From Candidatus Poribacteria bacterium (GTDB lineage Bacteria > Poribacteria > WGA-4E > PCPOR2b): DNA of 64,000 nt. The notes beneath the pieces were generated by a model. It made no database searches and had not been told where the DNA came from. It worked only from the letters and a program-made list of their open reading frames with translations. Position numbers and translations under genes: made by a program. Shown here piece by piece: positions 58,355 through 64,000 of this stretch; positions within the stretch are counted from its first letter, which is position 1, and every line of letters begins with the position of its first letter. The stretch is from positions 5,024,001-5,088,000 of the forward strand of contig OZ220744.1 in assembly GCA_965116925.1 (NCBI GenBank). The letters run 5' to 3'.

Positions 58355-58651
58355 TCATTGGCTAGTTTGTACCTGTTTCTGAGCGTCAGCCTTAATCATA
58401 TCTTGAAGCATCTGTCCCTCTGGGAGTTTTCCCATAAGCAGGAAAAAGATTAGCAGCGAATAGATCACGAGTGATTCGATAAGAGCCAAACCGATGATCA
58501 TTGCCGTCTGAATCCTTGGTGCTGCTTCAGGTTGCCGCGCAATACCTTCAAGAGCGGTGCTCGTTGCTCTTGCTTGTGCGGTGGATGCAAAAATCACAGC
58601 AATCGGTAGACCGAGTGCCGTGCCGAAAGCTAAAACTGCGAGATAAATCAT
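58355..58651 (-). CDS. atpE: Fo ATP synthase subunit c
   Basis: GIARQPEA loop, GLALIESLVIY; AGGAGG RBS before ATG 58651. Confidence 0.95.
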   Translation of the reverse strand: MIYLAVLAFGTALGLPIAVIFASTAQARATSTALEGIARQPEAAPRIQTAMIIGLALIESLVIYSLLIFFLLMGKLPEGQMLQDMIKADAQKQVQTSQ

Positions 58652-58737
58652 GAAACTTCCTCCTTTAATTTTGATCCCCAAACTGGGATTAGAAAACTAA
58701 AAACAATATTAACTGAACGATAATCATCGCCCATCAA

Positions 58738-59580
58738 TCAATGATGTGCCTCCGCGCCATGGCCTTCCTCATCATGTTCTAGGAACGTAACAATATAAAT
58801 TGATGTGAGAATTGAGAAGACGAGGGCTTGCAGAAACCCACCAAATAGCCCAAAAAACAGCATTGGCACCTGAACTGGCATCCATGGGATAAGCCCGGCG
58901 ATTGCCGGAATTGCCAGCCCCAAAAGGGTTAGGTTAATAATAACAGATTCCTCACCGAAGATATTTCCGAAAAGTCGAATTGCCAAAGAACCGGCACGTG
59001 CGACTTCACCGATGATGTGTAACGGAAACATCAAAGGTCCCAACCACGGTGGGTCACCAATAAAGTGCTTCAGATAGCCCACCAATCCATTCTCTTTAAT
59101 CGCAATGATATGAACGCCGATTACTGCGCTAATGCCGAGCGCAAGTGTCGTATTCAAATCTGCTGTTGGAGATTGAAAACCGGGTATGAGGCCAAGATAG
59201 TTTAAGAATAGGATAAAGATGAAGAAAGATCCGACGAATGGGACATATTTCTTTCCATGCTCTCCCAAAATTCCGCCGAAAAAATTGATTAGTCCACCCA
59301 CGAATAGCTCAAGAAGGGTCTGCCCTTTTCCTTCGGGGAGTCGCTTAAGTTTGCGCGTCGAAATGATAAAAAGCAGCGCAATAACCAGCACTATGAAGTA
59401 AGCGTTGGGGATGAGATCCGGCTGATGCCAACGCTCTGGCTCCGGAACTATATCATCCGGGAGAATTTTTGATATTGGGCTTAACCACGAACGATGAGCT
59501 TCTTCAGCCGCTAAACCGACACTACAGGTGAGCAGAGATAGCAGTAAAATAGAAAATAGTGTGTAAAGTGTCTTTTTCAT
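58738..59580 (-). CDS. atpB: Fo ATP synthase subunit a
   Basis: N.LGLIPG..SPTADLNTT, SLAIRLFGNIFGEE, LQALVF..LT..Y. Confidence 0.96.
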   Translation of the reverse strand: MKKTLYTLFSILLLSLLTCSVGLAAEEAHRSWLSPISKILPDDIVPEPERWHQPDLIPNAYFIVLVIALLFIISTRKLKRLPEGKGQTLLELFVGGLINFFGGILGEHGKKYVPFVGSFFIFILFLNYLGLIPGFQSPTADLNTTLALGISAVIGVHIIAIKENGLVGYLKHFIGDPPWLGPLMFPLHIIGEVARAGSLAIRLFGNIFGEESVIINLTLLGLAIPAIAGLIPWMPVQVPMLFFGLFGGFLQALVFSILTSIYIVTFLEHDEEGHGAEAHH

Positions 59581-59996
59581 TTAGATCCTGTTGAATTATT
59601 TTTTAATAGGATGCCTATCATCATCGCGATTGCTTTGAGGATAATCACAACTTGTACTAGTCCAATTCCCGCTGCAAGGGTGTAGACATTCAGCCAGTTT
59701 GCTTTCGTCAGGAGATAAAATCCGACAAAGATAATTGTGTACTTTCCTAACGCGATGAATCCTAACCAACGCTTTGTTCGTGCCGAACCGCCGGGCTTAA
59801 CCATACGGCGGATGATAAACTCTAACGACAAGATCGCACTCAAACTTAAAAGACTGCCGACCGCAAAACTCAAACTGGCTGGCAGACCGTACACCGCCCA
59901 AAGGATTGGCATTGCAATGAGTGCGAGAACGGTCGTTAGACGATAAACTTGCAGTAGAAATCGGTCATCGAGTTCAAAGGGGGCGCGAGCAATCAC
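59577..59996 (-). CDS. atpI: ATP synthase protein I (membrane)
   Basis: Four hydrophobic helices, directly upstream of atpB; GTG 59996 with GGAGG RBS. Confidence 0.75.
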   Translation of the reverse strand: MIARAPFELDDRFLLQVYRLTTVLALIAMPILWAVYGLPASLSFAVGSLLSLSAILSLEFIIRRMVKPGGSARTKRWLGFIALGKYTIIFVGFYLLTKANWLNVYTLAAGIGLVQVVIILKAIAMMIGILLKNNSTGSK

Positions 59997-59997
59997 T

Positions 59998-60276
59998 TTA
60001 CGAATCCTCCTTTGAATCTTTTTCAGCTGCCTGATCTGCTCGTTGTTCTTGGTGTTCCATACGTTTATTCCACCGAGAGACAGCGCGAAACATCTCAATA
60101 AATCCTGCCGCAGTTCCCACAATAAACCCAATAATTAAGCCGATGGTTTGGTTGCCTAATTTACCACCAATCCACCAACCTAATCCAGACCCAATGCCAA
60201 TTGCCAGCACAAGGGTAATGCCAATTGAAGCCAAATCCATACTATTCCAATCGCTGCCCCGTATCAGTTTAGCCAT
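59998..60276 (-). CDS. AtpZ/AtpI family protein
   Basis: IGITLVLAIGIG..LGWWIG.KLG....GLIIGFIVG.AAGF..MFR. Confidence 0.85.
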   Translation of the reverse strand: MAKLIRGSDWNSMDLASIGITLVLAIGIGSGLGWWIGGKLGNQTIGLIIGFIVGTAAGFIEMFRAVSRWNKRMEHQEQRADQAAEKDSKEDS

Positions 60277-60286
60277 TGTCGTGTCC

Positions 60287-61717
60287 CTATAAGAACGTGC
60301 TAATTTGGGCTGGACTCAGGAAGTATGATGGCAAAATACCAATTAGGATGACACCTATTGCCGCAAGGGTTAGCGCAACGATGAGTAGACGTGGATAAGC
60401 GAGAAAGTCGAGTTCCGCTTCCGGCTCTCTCATGTACATCGCTACAACAACGCGGAGATAATAGAACGCAGAGATCGCGGTGTTAATCGCGCCAATAATC
60501 ACAAGCCAGATCTGTCCAGATTCGACCGCAGATCGAAAAATGTAGAACTTACCGACAAAGCCAGCCGTCGGTGGAAACCCAGCGAGGGATAACAACATTA
60601 TTGTCATGAACAGAGCGAGCAGCGGTTTTTTGAAACCCAGTCCGGCATAATCGGAAATCATAAGGCTTTCGCCATCTTCCGTCCTTGCGAGAATCACCGC
60701 CCCGAATGCCCCGATATTCATGACACAATAGACAAACAGATAAAACATCGCGCCGGAGATCCCGTCTTTGTTTGCTGCTGCCAGTCCGACCAAAACGTAT
60801 CCAGCATGAGCAATACTGGAATAAGCGAGCATACGCTTAATATTTCGTTGGGAAATGGCGACCAAGTTACCGACAGTCATCGTGAGTGCGGCAAGGATTG
60901 TAACAAGGATAATCCATTCGGATTGGAGGTTCTGTAGTGCGTCCATAAAGATTCTCAGGAACGCAGCAAACCCCGCCGCTTTCGGTCCAGCTGAGATAAA
61001 CGCGGCGATCGAAGTGGGTGCGCCTTCGTAGACATCGGGTGCCCACTGATGAAATGGCACAAGTGCCACCTTGAATCCGAATCCAACAACAAGCAGAAAC
61101 ATACCAGATAAGAGGAGCGGTGACCTTGCATCTACGGTTAAAGCAGAGGCTATTTCGGGAATGCTGGTTGTTCCCGCACCTCCGTAGATCAACGCAATAC
61201 CGTACAGAAAAAATCCGCTCGCAAACGCGCCAAGCAGTAGATACTTCATTCCAGCTTCGCTTGACGCCATACTCCGTTGGAAATAACCCGCTAGAACGTA
61301 AAGTGATAACGACATCAGTTCTAAGCCGAGGAAGACAACAATTAACTCATTGCCCGAAGCCATCAACATCATGCCCAACGTTGCCAAAAGGATTAACAGA
61401 TAATATTCCCCTTGTCGCCTATCTTGGTGCCCCAAGTAGTTCATTGAGATAAGGACGACCAGAATCGTTGAGACCAAGAATATGACATTGAAAAAGAGGG
61501 AATATTTATCCACCTGAATCATATTGCTAAATTCTGTGCCTTGCGTGCCGCTTTGCAGCATATTGATGGAAACATATAGGGCAATGGCAGAGCCAACGAT
61601 TGTGATCCAAGCGGTAAGCGTCTTTTGAAGTGAATTGAACAGATCAAAAATTACAACGAGGATAAAGGTCAAAATAATGATCAATTCGGGCATCAGCAGT
61701 TGCCAGTTAATTGTCAT
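60287..61717 (-). CDS. nuoN: NADH-quinone oxidoreductase subunit N
   Basis: GEYY, LELMSLSLY, EAGMKY, FKVALVPFHQWAPDVYEGAP, KRMLAYSSIAH. Confidence 0.96.
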   Translation of the reverse strand: MTINWQLLMPELIIILTFILVVIFDLFNSLQKTLTAWITIVGSAIALYVSINMLQSGTQGTEFSNMIQVDKYSLFFNVIFLVSTILVVLISMNYLGHQDRRQGEYYLLILLATLGMMLMASGNELIVVFLGLELMSLSLYVLAGYFQRSMASSEAGMKYLLLGAFASGFFLYGIALIYGGAGTTSIPEIASALTVDARSPLLLSGMFLLVVGFGFKVALVPFHQWAPDVYEGAPTSIAAFISAGPKAAGFAAFLRIFMDALQNLQSEWIILVTILAALTMTVGNLVAISQRNIKRMLAYSSIAHAGYVLVGLAAANKDGISGAMFYLFVYCVMNIGAFGAVILARTEDGESLMISDYAGLGFKKPLLALFMTIMLLSLAGFPPTAGFVGKFYIFRSAVESGQIWLVIIGAINTAISAFYYLRVVVAMYMREPEAELDFLAYPRLLIVALTLAAIGVILIGILPSYFLSPAQISTFL

Positions 61718-61756
61718 TCAAAGCCTCCAATTTTAGATGAACGGCTAGGTCCATCT

Positions 61757-63499
61757 TTACACAAAGAACAGAAATGTTACAATCACAAATATGGGAACCA
61801 AAATTACCACTGACCAAATCATGTATCCGAAGAAACTGGGCATCTTCACACCGTTTTCCTCGGCAATCGCTTTGACCATAAAGTTCGGTGCGTTGCCGAT
61901 ATAGGTGTTAGCCCCCATAAACACTGCACCACAACTAATTGCCAGCAATGTCTGCGACATTGGACCCATGAGCGAAGTTGGATCACCGCCCGCCGTATTG
62001 AAGAAGACAACGTAGGTCGGGGCGTTGTCTAGGAAGCTCGATAGCACCCCTGTCAACCAGAAATACATCGCATTGACAGGATCATTCGTTGTCGTTTGAA
62101 CTGCAAGCACAATGCTGCTAAGGCTTCCATCAATGCCCGCCTGCAAGAGTTTCAAAGCTGGAATCATGCAAACAAAAATGCCGATAAACAGTTTGGCAAC
62201 CTCTAGGATCGGTTCCCACGTAAAACCGTTTGCCGCACGGACATTCGTTTCCAACTGGCTCGGTTCAGGCAGATTATGTCCATGCTCATCTTTCACGGTT
62301 TTATACATCGGTGTGTACAACAGACTGATGATTGCAATCAAGATTAGCAAACCATCTCGCACCAGATTAAAATAGGGTACAGTTACGCCGAAGATTGAGA
62401 TGCCGCGGTTCTCATCATGTGTCTTTTGTGCACGCAAACTATTGACCGCAGCGCGAGCGTGGAGGTGGTTTTCTCGCAATTCATAGTATTCGTGATTGGA
62501 TTTGTCGAATTTTATCGTTTTGTCATTCTCATGTTCCTTGGCATACGTTTCGAGTTTTGCCTTCGTAGATGCCATCTTTTCTTCTGCGGCTTCGATTTGT
62601 GGTGCCATTTTTTGAGCAACCGAATGATCCTTAAAAGGCCCATCAGCGAGTGATTTGGACCACAAGATTGCACCGATGATACCGGCGATAAGCACAAAAT
62701 TCCAAACACCTTGGAGGCGGAGTGGTTCTTTTTCCCCATCGTCCGGCGGCGTTCCTTCTTTCCTGAACAAGACTGTGTCGACAATAAAGAATATAATCAG
62801 CAGTATAATTACCACCGGTATCATCGCTGGGAGCAATGCCATTGTCCAGAAGAAGTCAATTCCTTTGAGGAATCCGAGAAACAGCGGTGGATCGCCCAGT
62901 GGGGTCAATGAGCCACCGATATTGGCTACCAGAAATATGAAAAAGACGACAACGTGAACACGATACTTACGCCATTCGTTAGCTCGAAGAATCGGACGAA
63001 TCAGCAACATTGCTGCTCCCGTTGTTCCCATCCAACTTGCCAATGCGGTTCCTATTGCAATCAGTATGGTATTTACGACGGGGGAACCTCGCAGCGAGCC
63101 TTTCAGACAAATTCCGCCCGCACATGTGAAAAGTGCAGCTAACAAAATAATAAAGGGAACATAATCGAGCAGGACGATATGAACAATTTCATACCATCCA
63201 TCACCTTTGTAGGCGATAAGGAAGGGGATAGAGAGAATGGCAATCCACGCTAACGAGAATTTCCCGTAGTGATGTTCCCAGAAATGGAAGTTAATCAGTG
63301 GGACAATTGCAATGGAGAGCAGCATACCGATAAACGGAATGACACTCCAGAGGGGCAGCTTTGCGCCATCTACACCGTGATGTGCGGTGTGATCATCATG
63401 TCCATCACCACCTGCAGCTGCTGCAAAACCAATTGTCGGGAAAAGGATAATTCCAATGATACCCAAAAGTACCAAGGGGAAAAATAGGTGTTTATTCAT
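61757..63499 (-). CDS. Putative Na+/H+ antiporter (ion transporter superfamily, DUF1646-like)
   Basis: YVPFIILL, GTTGAAMLLIRP, ANIGGSLTPLGDPPLFLGFL, SSFLDNAPTY, TYIGNAPNFMVK. Confidence 0.82.
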   Translation of the reverse strand: MNKHLFFPLVLLGIIGIILFPTIGFAAAAGGDGHDDHTAHHGVDGAKLPLWSVIPFIGMLLSIAIVPLINFHFWEHHYGKFSLAWIAILSIPFLIAYKGDGWYEIVHIVLLDYVPFIILLAALFTCAGGICLKGSLRGSPVVNTILIAIGTALASWMGTTGAAMLLIRPILRANEWRKYRVHVVVFFIFLVANIGGSLTPLGDPPLFLGFLKGIDFFWTMALLPAMIPVVIILLIIFFIVDTVLFRKEGTPPDDGEKEPLRLQGVWNFVLIAGIIGAILWSKSLADGPFKDHSVAQKMAPQIEAAEEKMASTKAKLETYAKEHENDKTIKFDKSNHEYYELRENHLHARAAVNSLRAQKTHDENRGISIFGVTVPYFNLVRDGLLILIAIISLLYTPMYKTVKDEHGHNLPEPSQLETNVRAANGFTWEPILEVAKLFIGIFVCMIPALKLLQAGIDGSLSSIVLAVQTTTNDPVNAMYFWLTGVLSSFLDNAPTYVVFFNTAGGDPTSLMGPMSQTLLAISCGAVFMGANTYIGNAPNFMVKAIAEENGVKMPSFFGYMIWSVVILVPIFVIVTFLFFV

Positions 63500-63998
63500 C
63501 AATCTTTTTTGCCTCTTTTGTTGTGGTGTCCAGTACAATTGCGGGAGCAGCTGCCTCTACCGCTGCGGTGGATCTACTCTGTTGTAACACTTGACTGACT
63601 GATTGTTCCATTCGGCTCAGAAACGGTTTGGGGTAAACGCCAATCCAAATGATGAAGACCACAATTGGAACCAGTACAACGATTTCGCGCAAGCTCAAAT
63701 CGGTCAAGGTTTGATTTTTTGGGTTATCGAGTTTGCCAAACATAACGCGTTGGAACATCCAAAGCATATACACCGCTGCCAAAATAACGCCGGTTGCAGC
63801 AATAATGACATACACTTTAGAGAATGAATCGGACATGAAACCGCCGAGCAAGATCATAAACTCGCCGACAAATCCGTTCAAACCGGGTAACCCAATCGAT
63901 GAAAGCGTCACAATCATAAAAAATACAGCGAAAATCGGCATCTGTTTTGACAGTCCACCGAAATCGGCAATCATACGGGTATGCCGACGTTCATAAAT
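63492..63998 (-). CDS. nuoM: NADH-quinone oxidoreductase subunit M (3' part; gene starts beyond the window)
   Basis: IYERRHTRMIADFGGL...MP, SIGLPGLNGFVGEF, AVYMLW, GVYP. Confidence 0.95.
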   Translation of the reverse strand: MYERRHTRMIADFGGLSKQMPIFAVFFMIVTLSSIGLPGLNGFVGEFMILLGGFMSDSFSKVYVIIAATGVILAAVYMLWMFQRVMFGKLDNPKNQTLTDLSLREIVVLVPIVVFIIWIGVYPKPFLSRMEQSVSQVLQQSRSTAAVEAAAPAIVLDTTTKEAKKIDE

Positions 63999-64000
63999 CA

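Overview
A 64 kb window of a bacterial chromosome with most genes on the minus strand. I infer a Candidatus Poribacteria-like marine or sponge-associated lineage, based on paralog expansions of PhyH dioxygenases, xylose-isomerase-like TIM barrels, SDRs and cupins, a secreted protein ending in a W-G-x-I-K tail, and dense small intergenic repeats. Layout: (1) 1-19.6 kb is a catabolic gene field, beginning with a GH32 hydrolase that the ORF track missed. (2) 19.9-23.4 kb is an accessory island with small lipoproteins and a CfrBI-like restriction endonuclease. The nuclease has no neighbouring methylase and overlaps (ATGA) a TIR-TPR gene. (3) 23.5-48.9 kb is mixed: hydantoinase A, an Rpn nuclease with an internal RBS/ATG, valS preceded by hicBA, UbiA, a TM-HEPN-like pair, LOG, an HpaB/AbfD-family flavoprotein, ComF, an NtrC-type regulator and an amidase. 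(4) 48.9-64 kb is a contiguous run of nuoM, a putative antiporter, nuoN and the atp genes. The F-ATPase operon is split between atpG and atpD by four accessory genes, one a DddK/DddW-like DMSP-lyase cupin, and subunit c lacks the glycine zipper. Intergenic spaces hold nested MITE and REP families, some with target-site duplications. I recognised no rRNA, tRNA or CRISPR array. All family assignments come from reading motifs by eye; no database searches were run.
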